A stretch of 64,000 nt of DNA, taken from NCBI GenBank assembly GCA_013265495.1, contig MU057416.1, forward strand, positions 924,545 through 988,544. The letters are read 5' to 3'. The notes beneath the pieces were generated by a model, which did not search any database, was not told where the DNA came from, and was given only the letters and a program-made list of their open reading frames with translations. The DNA is from Vicugna vicugna (lineage: Eukaryota). The translations under genes and the position numbers were made by a program. Positions 50,483 to 63,698 of this stretch are shown piece after piece (within the stretch, counting starts at the first letter, position 1; each line of letters begins with the position of its first letter).

Positions 50483-50505
50483 TGTTGGAATTAGTCTCAG
50501 GATGC
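49698..50505 (+). mobile_element. MER21-like solo LTR containing (CA)n at 50445-50480
   Basis: tgtgatttataagaaa start; taatgaaacctccataaaaaccctaa; AATAAA at 50153-50158; ctgagttctgtgagccacgctagcaaat. Confidence 0.8.
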
Positions 50506-50526
50506 CAAAACAGTATCCCCTCCATT

Positions 50527-50990
50527 CTTTTTTTTTTTAAATTGGAGTCCAGTCAGTAACAATGTGTCAGTTTCTGGTGTACAGCATAGTGTTCCAGTCA
50601 TACGTATGTGTACATACATTCCTCTTCACATTCTTTTTATTAAAAGTTATTATAAGATGTTGAATAGAGCTCCCTGTGCTATACAGAAGAAATTTGTTTT
50701 TTATCTGATTTTATATATAGTGGTTAATGTTTGCAAATCTCAAACTCCCCAATTTATCCCTTCCCACCCCTTTTCCCCCCAGTAACCATAAGATTATTAT
50801 GTCTGTGAGTCTGTTTCTGTTTTGTAGATGAGTTCATTAGTGTCTTATTTTTTTTTTTAGACTCCACATATGAGTGACATCATACAATATTTTTCTTTCT
50901 CTTTCAGGCTTACTTCACTTAGAATGACAACCTCCAGCTCCATCCATGTTGCTGCAAATGGCATTATTTAATCCTTTCTTATGGCTGATA
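50527..50990 (-). mobile_element. L1 3' fragment
   Basis: Poly-T then L1 3' UTR to catccatgttgctgcaaatggc. Confidence 0.9.
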
Positions 50991-51792
50991 GTACATACAG
51001 CGGATACCACTCAGCCCTCCAGTGACCTCTTCTCTGAGCTTCCGTCTTCCTTCAGCACTTCTTTCCCAAGCAGCCATCCGGGTCCTTTCACCCTATCACT
51101 TCATGGGTTGAGAAAAGCAACGCCAGGACTGCTGGTCAGGAAACGCACCCTTTGTGGGAGAACTGTACACACGAAGGCTCTGAACAAGGAGGCATTTAGG
51201 ATTAAGAGTCTCAGATCAAAATGGTCTCTGCCCATCTCTTCTCTGACCCCTGCTGGGATCCGATAAAGAGCTCCAGTCGATAGCTACCTCTTTTCCTCAA
51301 AGTTGGGGAAGAGAGAAAAAAAACTTTGCCTGTAATATTTCAACTAGAAATCAAAGTCAAGGGAATTTGCAGGATAAGTGGTCCTTTGTTGGCCTTCATT
51401 CTAAAGTAAGAGACCTACCAAAACTAAAGCAAAATTAACGAGCCCCACTGCAGTGTCTGTGAGCCTGAAAGAAGGTGTTGAGAGGATCAGGCGTCTCACC
51501 ACGGGTAGCTCACTCTCCACCCATGAACATCTAAGACAGAGATCCTCAAACAGGAGTCCAGGTAATCCGCAGCGGAAGGCACTTTAACTGCAGAGTGTTT
51601 AGTAAAAAGCTTTTAAGTGTAAAGGATACGTCATATTTTAAGTGTAAAATATGAATTTAAGTGAGAAAATAAATGATACATTTCAACTATAAAAGAAGAT
51701 CTTTTCTGTGTATTTTTTAAATGGATGGTAATGAGTAACAGATTGCTCTGATATTTGGATTCCATAGGATACTTCTCAAGAATTATGGGGTG

Positions 51793-52180
51793 GAGGGAGG
51801 GTATAGCTCGGTGGTAGAGTGCATGCTTAGCATGCACTGGGTCCTGAGTTCAATCCCCAGGGAAAGGGGAGGATGGTGGAGGGGTAAATCGGGAGTTCAG
51901 GATTTACAGATACAAACCACTGCATATGAAATAGATAAGCAGCAAGGTCCTACTGTGGAGAACAGGGAACTGTACTCAATTCCTTGCAATAACCTATAAT
52001 GAAAAAGAGTAGGAAATCATGATGCCGCACAGCTGAATCACTGTGCTGCGCACCTGAAGTTAACACAGCGTTGGAAATCAACTATGCTTCAATAAAAATA
52101 CACTTAAAAATTAAAATAAATAAGTAAATGAGTAAACCTAATTACCCTCCCTCCAAAACAAACACCAACAAAAAAATTTA
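51793..52180 (+). mobile_element. vic-1-like SINE split by an L1 3' fragment (51861-52100)
   Basis: SINE head ends caatccccag, L1 3' UTR follows, and the SINE tail taaacctaattaccctccc resumes after 52100. Confidence 0.85.
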
Positions 52181-52689
52181 GAAAGAGTGATGCAGCAATT
52201 CGTTTCAGTTCTTGGACCCTCTTACTCATATACCCTCCCCTGAACTGCTCTGCGCCAGAGCAAGTCGTGGTCCAGGTGATGACTCCTGTTCTCTTTTCCC
52301 GCCTTGCCTGCACAATTGCCCTTTGCCCTCTTGACAAAAGCCGGGCATGCCCCGGCCCCCAGATCTTATTCTGGTGCCTGGCCCCCCGGGTACAAATTCT
52401 GTGACGTGGAGGGACAACACGACAGGCTCTGTGTGGACTGAGCCCATGTTAATCAAGATGGGGGCTGCTCCCGAGCTGTGCGTGTCTCATGTTTTCAAGG
52501 TGATGAAAAGTTCCTCATTGCCCTTGGACAGCTCAGCGTGACATCGTGGGTAGAAGGAAGACATGTCAGAGGTAACTGGGGGTTATACTTCTCTGGCCAT
52601 GTGTTCAAGCCCATAAAAGAGACATTTTCGCATCAGTCATCACCCCTAATCTCATCAGAAAAGTCTTGAAGTCCTGGGAAGCTGCCATT

Positions 52690-53300
52690 CCTAGTGGCAA
52701 ATACAAATATTCCAACATTTATGTTTTTCTTAAAAACCTGAATTGTATCACTGGCAACAAACACTGTCACTTGTTTTTCTTGACAGGACAGACTCACTTG
52801 GTTCATTTTTTTTTTTTAATGTCTACTAAGCATCCACGTCTCTGTAACCACAGGTTGTCTGTCAATAGCTCTTTCAGTGAAAACGGGTCCCGTGGGAAAA
52901 AAGTAGCCAGTTCAGTTGTCAACATCGCACACGTGCATTTCCTTGAAATAACTGTGTGTGCTTCCCGGTTGTCCTGAGGAGTATGGAAAAGATGTAAACT
53001 CAGGGTCAAGACTTAATACAAAGACTTAATACAGTCAAAGGCGTTCTCAAGTGCAGCTGGCATCTTTTTGCCACAACCGTGTGGCAGCGGAGGAAACGCT
53101 GACTGACCACAAGCACTGCTGGGTGCGCCTGGCTGGAGTCACACTCAGGCGCCAGCAGTTTATCCACTGCTTTTTGCATCGTCAGTATTAATGCCCACCC
53201 GGTGACGAGCGGCTCATAACTACTAATCACCATCATGAAAAGACCAGAAAGAGTCCCCAAAACTCCCAGGGGCCCAAGGACCACATTGTAGAACTGCGGG
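52690..53300 (-). mobile_element. Charlie1a-like hAT transposon fossil
   Basis: Reverse peptide ELATFFPRDPFSLKELLTDNLWLQRRGCLVDI resembles Charlie transposase; ggcgccagcagtttatccactgctttttgcatcgtcagt; terminal ggaccacattgtagaactgc. Confidence 0.85.
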
Positions 53301-53375
53301 GCTAAGCTATTTTGATTCCATTGGATACATTTTTTAAATGATCTAATAAATTCACATTAAAATTTTAACATTTGT

Positions 53376-53457
53376 GGGGGAGGCTATAGCTCAGTGGTAG
53401 AGTGGGTGCTTAGCATGCACGAGATCCTGGGTTCAGTGCCCGCTACTGCCATTAAAA
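53376..53457 (+). mobile_element. vic-1-like SINE head (tail displaced to ~54640-54683)
   Basis: gggggaggctatagctcagtggtagag...; ttttaacattt at 53363-53373 and 54684-54694 flanks the SINE+L1 composite. Confidence 0.88.
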
Positions 53458-54640
53458 TTCAGACAATACTATAGAGCTACAGTCATCAAGACAGCATGGT
53501 ATTGGTACAAAAACAGACATATAGACCAATGGAACAGAACAGAGAGCCCAGAAATGAACCCACAAACTTTTGGTCAACTAATCTTCGACAAAGGAGGCAA
53601 GAATATACAATGGAATAAAGACAGTCTCTTCAGCAAATGGTGTTGGGAAAACTGGACAGCAGCATGTAAAGCAATGAAGCTAGAACACTCCCTTACACCA
53701 TACACAAAAATCAACTATAAATAGATCAAAGACTTAAACATAAGACAAGAAACAATAAACCTCCTAGAAGAAAATATAGACAAAACATTATCTGACATAC
53801 ATCTCAAAAATGTTCTCCTAGAACAGTCTACTCAAGCAATAGAAATAAAAGCAAGAATAAACAAATGGGACCTAATGAAACTTACAAGCTTCTGCACAGC
53901 AAAGGAAACTATAAGTAAGACAAAAAGACAACCTACGGAATGGGAGAAAATTTTTGCAAATGAAACCGACAAAGGCTTGATCTCCAGAATATATAAGCAG
54001 CTCATATGACTTAGTAAGAAACAACCAAACAACCCAATCCAAAAATGGGCAAAAGACTGAAACAAGCAATTCTCCAAGGAAGAAATACAAATGATCAATA
54101 GGCACATGAAAAAATGTTCAATATCACTAATTATCAGACAAATGCAAATCAAAACTACAATGAGGTATCACCTCACACCAGTCAGAATGGCCATCATTCA
54201 AAAATCCACAAATGACAAATGCTGGAGAGGCTGTGGAGAAAGGGGAACCCTCCTACACTGCTGGTGGGAATGCAGTTTGGTGCAGCCACTATGGAAAACA
54301 AGTAACGCACAGTAAAAGAAAAAAAAAAAAAAAAAAAAAAAAAAAAGCACAAATACAAAACAGAAACAGACTCATAGACATAGAATACAAATCTATGGTT
54401 GCCAAGGGGTTGAGGGGTGGGAAGGGATAGACGGGATTTCAAAATTGTAGAATAGATAAGATTATACTGTATAGCACAGGGAAATATATACAAGATCTTA
54501 TGGTAGCTCACAGAGAAAAATATGTGACAATGAATATATACATGTTCATGTATAACTGAAAAATTGTGCTGTACACTGGAATTTGACACAACATTGTAAA
54601 ATGATCATAAATCAATAAAAATGTTAAAAAATAAATAAAT
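53458..54640 (+). mobile_element. Young L1 ORF2 C-terminal/3' UTR fragment with internal deletion
   Basis: Translates [27 protein letters not shown]...KWCWENW and [19 protein letters not shown], with in-frame stops; jumps to the 3' UTR after 54300. Confidence 0.95.
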
Positions 54641-54924
54641 ACATACATAAATAAATAAATAAGCAAGCCTGTTAACCCCCCAGTTTTAACATTTATAATT
54701 CACAGAAGATTACTACAATTCTACTTTTGGCATTAATGCAAAACAAAATTGTAGATGTCAACTTAAGTGTGTGTCACGGAGTACTTGGTTTTTCAAAGCC
54801 CTTTTAGGAAAGATCAGTCCAAATTTTGCAACTCACTCCTAAGCTGAGCTTTTTTTTTTATAGCAACAGGTGTTCCAGAAACAGAAATTTTGTCTCATGA
54901 TCAAGCAGAAGAGACTACAGGGTG

Positions 54925-55430
54925 TCCACCAACAGACGACTGGATGAAGGTGTGGTGAGTGTGTACATACACAATGGAACACTGCTCAGCTGTAAAATGA
55001 GTGAAACAATGCCATTTACAGCAACATGCATGGACTGGAGGTCATCATACTAAGTGCAGTGAGACAGAAAGAGAAAAATAACATATGATATCACTCACAT
55101 GTGGCATCTGAAAAGAAAAAAATGAACTTAATTACAAACTGGAAATAGATTCACAGATATAGAAAATAAACTCATGGTTACCAGTGAGGAAACGGGGTGG
55201 GGAGGGATACATTGGGAGTTCAGAATTTGTAGACACTGACTCCCAAATATAAAATAAACAGCAAGGTCCTGCTGCAGAGCCCAGGGAACTACAGGCAATA
55301 TTTTGTAATAGCCTATAATGAAAGAGAATCTGAAAAGGAGTAGATACATGGGTGTGTAACTGAATCGCTGTGCCGTGCACCAGAAAACTAACACAACGCT
55401 GTAAATTGAGTACACTTCAATTAAAAAAAG
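54925..55430 (+). mobile_element. L1 3' fragment
   Basis: tgtccaccaacagacgactggatg...gtacacttcaattaaaaaa. Confidence 0.9.
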
Positions 55431-58400
55431 AAAGATTTTAGATTCATACAAGCTTTTTCCTCTCCTAACTTCTTTATACTTTATGCAATTGCTCTTTCAT
55501 TTCAGCTTCTTCTTTCTTAAAGTTTTTGGCTATAGTTTCAGAGTTCACATCTAATTGAATTTTAGTGAAGATACCAAAGGATACAAAATTCTTTTCTTCT
55601 GACTCACTCTTGCTTTTACTTACTGATATTTTATACATGGATGTAGATACATGTACACACATGTATGAATATATTTGCATATCCCTTCCCAATGCCAGGG
55701 ACATATACATGCATGCACACACACAACACATACACACACATATAAAGGTTTTGCTACCAGTAGGAATAAGCTATTTCATAATTATTTATTTTTAATAAAA
55801 AAAATTATCAGTGAGATAAATAAATTTCATATTCTGTCAATGATTTGCAATTGTTGTTCTTATCTAAAAATTTATTTGATAAATATTTTACTATAAACTG
55901 CTTAATCTCGAATAGCTTCCTATTTGAATATCTTCTGTCCCTAGGCTCCCCAAGTAGACAGCTTATTTATTTTGTGTTCTCTCTCGTTCTTACCCAATGC
56001 CTTGCACATAGCAAGTAGCTGACAAATATTTGTCATTTAGTTGTTAGTTTAAAATAAAATAGACAAAATTAAGGAAGATCCCTTACAGAGTTAACTATTC
56101 GCACCTATAACTACAACAAAATTAAAATTAGATAATTTCAGAAATGTGCTTCTTTTAAAAAATTACTTGTTTATTTATTTAGAAATGTGATTCTTTTTAA
56201 ACACACCTAGACAAGAGTCTAAATACCCCTACTAGTAAACCACATATCAGCTGCATTTATATCATATTATGCTGCGCTGTGCCGTATTAGATTGCAGTGC
56301 GTCACATCAAAATTTTCAACAAGAGGTAATTATTTCATTATGATCTTACAGCACTGATGTGGTTGCAGATCACAGTAATATGGACCCCAGAGATTTTCTT
56401 TTTCCCTTGCATTGTTTATACATTTTTTTTATCATAGGACATTTAGTAATTCTATAATTAAACTCGTTCAAATTAGGAGAAAATTTCACTACAGTTGCAG
56501 TGTAGGAAAATTGCACTACATCTTGTTCCTGTATGTCGAGGGTTTGGAAAAATTCCAGTTCTGAAAACGAATTCCCCTTTGTGATTCAGATTAAACTGAT
56601 GAGTTCCAACGATTGGTTTAACCAGAAGTTTACCTAAGCTGAGAAAGCTTATTTCCTTCAAAAGAAGATACGGGTGGATGTGTTCTAAATTCTGCGTAAG
56701 CCTGTGGAACATACCGATGTGGGGTGTTACAGATTTAACAGATCAGGTTATGAGCAACTAGAAAGTCCCTATTAACCTGAATCTTGAAAGAAATTCACTC
56801 AAGACTCAGGAGACCTAATCTCCCATCTTCTACCGAGTTTTCATTTTCACCCACAACAGCTTTTTTTTTTTATAAAAGAGGCGGTTTTCCTCCATTGGGC
56901 CAGCATATGAGTCATCAGAATGGACTTTTTCTTTTTTTCCCACTGAACTCAATATCTAGCAGAACAAATTAGAGAAGAGAGCAAATGTGTGATGCCATCT
57001 CAACACCCTCCTCCTCGGCTGCAGAGCTGCCTTTACAAACAAGTAATTAATAAACACACTTATCTGAGATCCCCTGGGCATTAAGCTGTACAAAATTCTG
57101 ACAGACAAGCTTCCAGGCATCCAAAGCAGCAGAACTTTCATGACGCTGTTTAACCCCTGTTCTGTATTTCATCCCTAATGTTCAATTGTTTCAAAGCTGG
57201 AATTACTCTTTTTTCTGGTCTAATTTCTCTCCCTTCCCTCCCAAAAAATAATATAGAAAGAAATACAGAATGTGAGGTGTGAGTCATGAGACAAAATTTC
57301 TGTTTCTGGAACACCTGCCACTGCAAAAAAAAAAAAAAAGCAGATAATACATACCCCTTGCTCACATATGTGAAAAAACAAAAAAATAACTCATGGATAT
57401 ATTTGTTTGGTTTGAGATGAATGGCATCACAATAAACAGAGAACAGTATACTAATTTCCATATCCTTAGGTTTATTTTGTTGAATATAAGAATCAGTCAA
57501 TATCTGGCTCTATTAATTAATTTCCTTCTCATTTCTCCTTTTCATGTTCTCTTCTCTAAAAGTGATCTAAAATAATAGTTAGCTAAGGCGGGGTGGGGTG
57601 AGGGCGGAGACTGGAAGGAAGTTCACCCAGACATTAACAGACATTGCTATGGATAATAAGGCTCTGAGTAATTTTTATGCTTTTCTTGATCTTTCCAAAT
57701 TTGAAACAACAAATGCATCTTAGTTTCACAGGCAAAAGGAATTGTTCTGAAGCATTTAAATTATATTCCTCCTGCTTCACTGAGCATAATAACAAAGTTC
57801 CTCATGCAACAGAAATACTGTTAGCCTTCATTCACCATCGCACTCTGCTGACATCTGGTCCCCAACCATTGTGGATCCTCAGGCTGGCCTCCAGGTCCTC
57901 GGGTGAACATGGGGTCCACCTGGCTGAGCCCTCCGCACAAGGACAAGACCAAGGCTGTGTGGAGATGGAAGGTCTAAGAATAAGAACTGTTGGTCAGGAC
58001 AAGTGCTTGGAGCCTCAAGACCACCAACCAAATTCAGCTCAGCAAGGGCTTTCTACAGACACGGTCCTCCCCTGGAATGCTTGCAGGAGGGTCCTCTCCG
58101 ATGCAGATTTGCCAGTGTCCACAGCGTGCCCTGCAGGGCACGAACTCTAAATCCGTATTCCGTTAGTTATGACTTCCAGGTTTTAATTCACATGTGCCTT
58201 AACTGGATGGTCGAACGGCCATTAGTACTTGGTGAAGGCGTTATCGGGGTGCTATTGTCAGCTCCTTTAAAGACGTGGACTTAGTTATTCATTAAGTGCA
58301 TGGTTTACACCGTGTCAGACCCCCCAGACACCCAGTGGGAGAGCTTATTCAGCAGATTGGAACAGCTATCTAAAATTTTTCCATGGTCACTTCAACTAAA

Positions 58401-58503
58401 TCATAGAAATATGAAACCATATACAAGAAGAGTTGGTTAGAAGGTGCACACACACACACACATGCACACACACGCATCCACATGCACACACAAGTACACT
58501 CTG

Positions 58504-58634
58504 TTTGTTTGGGTTTTTATGGGGAGAGGTAATTTATTTATCTTATTTATTTATTCTTAGTGGAGGTACCAGGGATTGAACCCAGGACCTCGCATGCTAA
58601 GCACACGCTCTACCTCTTGAGCGACACCTTCCCC
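58504..58634 (-). mobile_element. vic-1-like SINE
   Basis: ggaggtaccagggattgaacccaggacctc...ctctacctcttgagcgacaccttcccc is the reverse complement of the SINE. Confidence 0.9.
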
Positions 58635-58684
58635 TACAAAGTGTACTCTAATAATGCATCTTCACGTAGCTCTTCAAGAACAGT

Positions 58685-58772
58685 GGAGGGAGGGGTAGAG
58701 CTCAGCGGTAGAGCACGTGCTTAGCATGCATGAGGTCTTGGCTTCAATCCCAAGTACCTCCATTAAAAAAGA
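58685..58772 (+). mobile_element. vic-1-like SINE
   Basis: gagctcagcggtagagcacgtgcttagcatgcatgaggtc...acctccattaaaaaa. Confidence 0.9.
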
Positions 58773-58889
58773 AGGAAACTGGAATTTTTTAGAGGCTGGA
58801 GGAAATTCTTCACTTTTTAGAAATAGTTGAACACCTTCAAGAAGCTAGACACCCTTTAATGTACCAAAAATGCAACCTTTAAATGACTT

Positions 58890-59190
58890 GATAATATCAT
58901 TTGATATCCCTTATACATGGAATCTTAAAAAAAATGATGCAAATTCTATTTACAAACCCAAAACAGACTCACAGACATAGAAAACAAACTATGGTTACTA
59001 AAGGAGAAATGGCAGGGAGGACCTACTGTACAGCACAGGGAACTATATTCAATTTCTTGTAATAACATATCATGGAAAAGAATCTGAAAAGAAAAAATAT
59101 ATATGTATGTGTATGTGTAACTGAACCACTTTGCTGTACACCTGAAACTAACGTTGTAAATCAGCTACACTTCAATTAATTTTTTTAAAG
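58890..59190 (+). mobile_element. L1 3' fragment
   Basis: aacagactcacagacatagaaaacaaactatggttac...cagctacacttcaatt. Confidence 0.88.
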
Positions 59191-60879
59191 AAAAAAAAGA
59201 AAAGGGATAAATCCAACAAAATCAGGTGTTGGCTTACTTTGCCAATGTTGTAAATAAACTGTATAAAATTTCATATTATAGTTAATAAAAGTGATCATAC
59301 AATGTGAAAACAATGACTTGTCAGAATGACTACATATAAAAGAAGAATGTGATTAATTATTTTCACCTCTAAAACCAGGAAGGAAAAGAAGCATTGTCAG
59401 CAGTGGCAAAACACCTCCCCCCGAACGAGCAGATTGCTCTACGCCAGACGGCCTGTGAGGAATCTCTATAGAAGCCCTTTCGCCTATAGGCAGGTGTCGT
59501 GAGCTCTGTCCTGCAGGCAGGGACATGTCTCGGAGCATGTTACACCCAGGATCACCCAGGCAGTGAGCAGTAGCGTGGGGATTCACATCCAGCCGTGCTG
59601 TCCTCTGACCCAGCGTTCTTTCTAAGGTCTGACCACCTCTTCCGGCCAGTTAGGGATTTAGGATGACAAATACAAGTAGGACTTTTTCCCCTAAACCCAC
59701 TGCAGTACACCTTTAAAACATATCCATGTATGTCCAAAGTCAATGATAACAAAAGATGTGAAATGAGTGGCATAATTATGTCCATGTAGACAAGGGTGGC
59801 AGGTGGGGGCTCTGGGTCCCCTCCATTTGTATGTCATACAAAGACGTCTCCAGACGGAACGAGGCCTCGCCACATCCACGCCAAAGGAATTCTTAATGTC
59901 TCGGCTCATGTGAATGCTTTCTATCATTTGAACATGGCTTTTGTGATTGCCAAGATGTCTGCACGCATTTGTTTCTAAATCACAGGAAGATTGTGAAGGG
60001 AGTTAAATAGAAAATTAAGAAAGAAGCAAAACACAACAGCGTCTATACCATCGACCTTGACTCAGAACAGATTATTTCGCTGTGAGCAGGCGCTCTCCCA
60101 GCCCCGCTTCCAGCCCGGCCTGCCTTTGTTTCATGCTCTCTGCTCGGCTCTGACAAAGGGAAATTGGTTGGAAGATAATTAGATCTTCTTTTTAAAACTG
60201 ACCTACAATAGCAGCTTTAAAGCCACCTGCATCTCTCCAGCAAATGAAGTAACACATAAGTATAAATGTTTCATGCCGTTATCAAACATTGATAATAAAG
60301 GTTTTAATATTTATTGTCACCTTTGGCCAAAGCCCGCGTTCACTCTCGAGCAGGAGAGACCCCGGGAGGTGAGGGTTGCCTTTGGGTACCACTGATTGGG
60401 ACGGCGTCGGTTTTAGAATGTCCCTGTGGGAAAGGGGGCTTGGGCACAGCCCTCTTAATCTCCTTAACATCCTCTTCTCTGCATCCATCTGGAATCAGCT
60501 TTCCTTCAAATTCTAACTGATTCTTCTTGTTTAATGTAAGGCTCTGTGCTTCCTCACTTTCGGGGATATTTAAATAACCCAGGCCCTTCTGCAGTCCACA
60601 GAAGGGGTTTTCCTGGCTGTGCCCTAGAGACTTCACTGTCCCAACAGCAGGAGTGACTCCAGGCAAGATGTGTTTCTATGAACATCAAAGTATTTTGAGC
60701 GCTTACCCAGATCCCATATGAATGCGAAGTTCAAATTTTGCTCTCTGCACCTCTCCTCTGCTGCTGCTAATTGAAGCCAGGTCAGAGTTGAGAGTCACAC
60801 CCAAAACTGGACGGAACGCAGACCTCACAGTTAGATGCAGGGGGCTGGGGGGATTCTGGAAGCTCAACTTTGTAAGCAT

Positions 60880-61070
60880 TAACATGCTTAGCCCTCAAGA
60901 TAGCCTTGGGAGGTAGGTACAAGTCATTATACCCATTTTAGAGATGGTAAAACTGAGGCATGGAGTCCTTAAGAAACTTGCCGACAGGTCACATAACTAG
61001 TAAGTGGTAGAGCTGGGACTTGAACCCAGGCAGTCAGGTTGCAGAACCAAAGCCCTCCAGCACATTCTAT
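60880..61070 (-). mobile_element. MIR SINE
   Basis: cccattttagagatggtaaaactgaggca...ctagtaagtggtagagctgggacttgaacccaggcagtc. Confidence 0.9.
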
Positions 61071-61165
61071 GTAGTGCTGTTCGTGGCTGAGAGCCAGGGA
61101 ACGAGGGAAGTGCCCCATCCCGCTAGAACCTCAGGGTAAGCCCCTCACATCTGCTCACTATGACT

Positions 61166-61555
61166 CCTTTTTTTTATTTTTTAATGTAAATTTTTTAAAT
61201 TGAAGTACAGTCAGTTACAATGTGTCGATTTCTGTTGTCCAGCATCATGTTTCATTCATACACATACATATGTATATTCATTTTCATATTCTTTATATGA
61301 AAATATAAAGATTATTATAGGTTATTACAAGATATTGAATACAGTTCTCTGTGCCAGACAGAAGAAATTCTTTGTCTATTTTATATATAGTGGTTAATAT
61401 TAGCAATTCTGAAACTCCCAATTTATCCTTTCCACCGCCTTTCCCCCCAGTAACCACAGGACTTTTGACTACGCCTGTGAGTCTGCTCCTGTTTTGTAGA
61501 AAAGTTCATTAGCATCTTTTTTCCTTTTTCTTTTCTTTTTGTTTTTAAGATTCCA
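61166..61555 (-). mobile_element. L1 3' fragment
   Basis: ttgaagtacagtcagttacaatgtgtc...ttttaagattcca. Confidence 0.88.
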
Positions 61556-62982
61556 ATTCTTTATCTGTCACCTCTGAACAGTGGCCCAACACCCCTGAGC
61601 TGCACCTGCCGCCCGCATACCCTGCCCCCTAAGTTCAGGTCCCCACAGTGAACTCCCAGCTGCTCCTCACATCCGGGGAGACGAGTGGACTCCGGGCTCC
61701 CGTCCTCTCCTTCCTCAGGCTGTCCTGCTCACTCGTGCTCTTTCCAGGAGTCTTTCATGTTAAACTCTGTTTCCAAGCAGCACTTTCCACCCCGTGCCCC
61801 TCCTGGGTGTCCCCCTCCCCGGCCCGGCCCCGCCTCCTCCATCCCTCTGTGGTCCCGCAGACACCACTGCGAGTGTCCTGTGAGGATTATTGAGGTCCAG
61901 GCCCTGCCAGCGGGGAAGCAGCGGAGAAACACCTTTTCCCTGCTTTGTCTTTCCCGCTCCGCCTTCCTCCTGGGCCTTGGTTCCGTTCCCTTCTCTCCCC
62001 TTCTCAGTAACAGCCCTGAAGAAAAAGAAGAGGGTTTGCCTCCCAGCAAAGAACCAGGAACTATATTTCCAACCATATTTTGCCCAACGAAATTCAACTT
62101 TTTGAAATACTGCCTCAATTTATTTTCAGAAAATATTTTCCTTTAAAGTAATGCTCATTGTTCTTTGACACGGGGGGAATTGCAAAGGATGATGGAGTGT
62201 CATGATCGTGATGGCTTCTGGTGTGCCCTGATGGGGTTTGATTTACAGACGCTCTCACGGTAGGAAAAATATCTGTCACAGGAGCATCGATCGGTGCTTT
62301 GACTGGCGGAGGTTAAGCCACAGAGAGATGCCGTCGGGGGGAAACTCCTCCCTGCTCCCTGCAGAGACTGTGTTTGATGGCTTCCAGCCCAGAGAGCCAC
62401 CGCCAGACAGAGACGTGTGAATAAAAACCGAGCGTGGCATTCACTGAGATCCTGTTCCGTGGGGTCTCATCAGACACCCTCCGCGCACCGTGGCTGACCA
62501 ACTGAGATGCGTAGCAGGGGCTTTGTCTCCCACCCCTCCTCCTCCTGAATTAGAAGGCTATTAACTCATTGGCAGACCCAGTTGTTCAAAACAATGAAAA
62601 GAATTCTGTGTAGACAGTCTCGGTTATTCCAGAGTTTCCAGTTTTGTGAGATGTTTTGTCTTCAGACGTCTTGTTTCACTATCGAGAAGATACTAAAATC
62701 TTTTCCTTTGCACATGGATGGGGCCAACAGGGAAAAGGAAGAAGATTCAATTTAGGTAGAAGTCGTTACATCCAGAGACTGCCAAGATGTTGAAGAGAAC
62801 TTGGGAATCATTTAGTACACCACCTGATGTTGAAAATGAAGAAAGTAAACACCAGAGTAAGGAGACCTTCCAAAAACACCTGTCTCATTTGTGATAAAAC
62901 AGATTGATAATTCTGGAAACCAGCCTCCACAAACAGTATTTTCTTCCAGACCCAAAACAGTATTTAGGAGAAGCCCCCCCAC

Positions 62983-63698
62983 TTTTTTAAACATTTTTTA
63001 TTGAGTTAGAGTCATTTTACAATGTTGTGTCAAATTCCAGTGCAGAGCACAATTTTTCAGTTATACATGAACATATATATATTCATTGTCACATTCTTTT
63101 TTTCGCTGCGAGCTACCACAAGATCTTGCATATATTTCCCTGTGCTATACAGTATAATCTTGTTTATCTATTCTACATTTTGAAATCCCAGTCTGTCCCT
63201 TCCCACCCCTTCCCCCCTGGCAACCACAAGTTTGTATTCTATGTCTATGAGTCTGTTTCTATTTTGTATTTATGTTTTGTTTTGTTTTGTTTTAGATTCC
63301 TCATATAAGTGATCTCATATGGTATTTTTCTTTCTCTTTCTGGCTTACTTCACTTAGAATGACATTCTCCAGGAGCATCCATGTTGCTGCAAATGGCGTT
63401 ATGTTGTCGTTTTATGGCTGAATAGTATTCCATTGCATAAATATACCACAGCTTCTTCATCCAGTCAGCTGTTGATGGACATTTAGGCTGTTTCCATGTC
63501 TTGGCTGTTGTAAATAGTGCTTCTATGAACACTGGGGTGAAGGTGTCATCCTGAAGTAGGGTTCCTTCTGGATATATGCCCAGGAGCGGGATTCCTGGGT
63601 CATATGGTAAGTCTATTCCTAGTCTTTTGAGGAACCTCCATACTTTTTTCCACAGTGGCTGTACCAAACTGCATTCCTACCAGCAGTGCAGGAGGGTT
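62983..63698 (-). mobile_element. Young (lineage-specific) L1 3' fragment
   Basis: ORF 63350-63667 ([32 protein letters not shown]) is the L1 ORF2 C-terminus; same subfamily as 24342-24980. Confidence 0.95.

Noticed and set aside
56479..56520. 15-bp direct repeat gaaaatt(t/g)cactaca
   Set aside because: Single small local duplication with no further structure.
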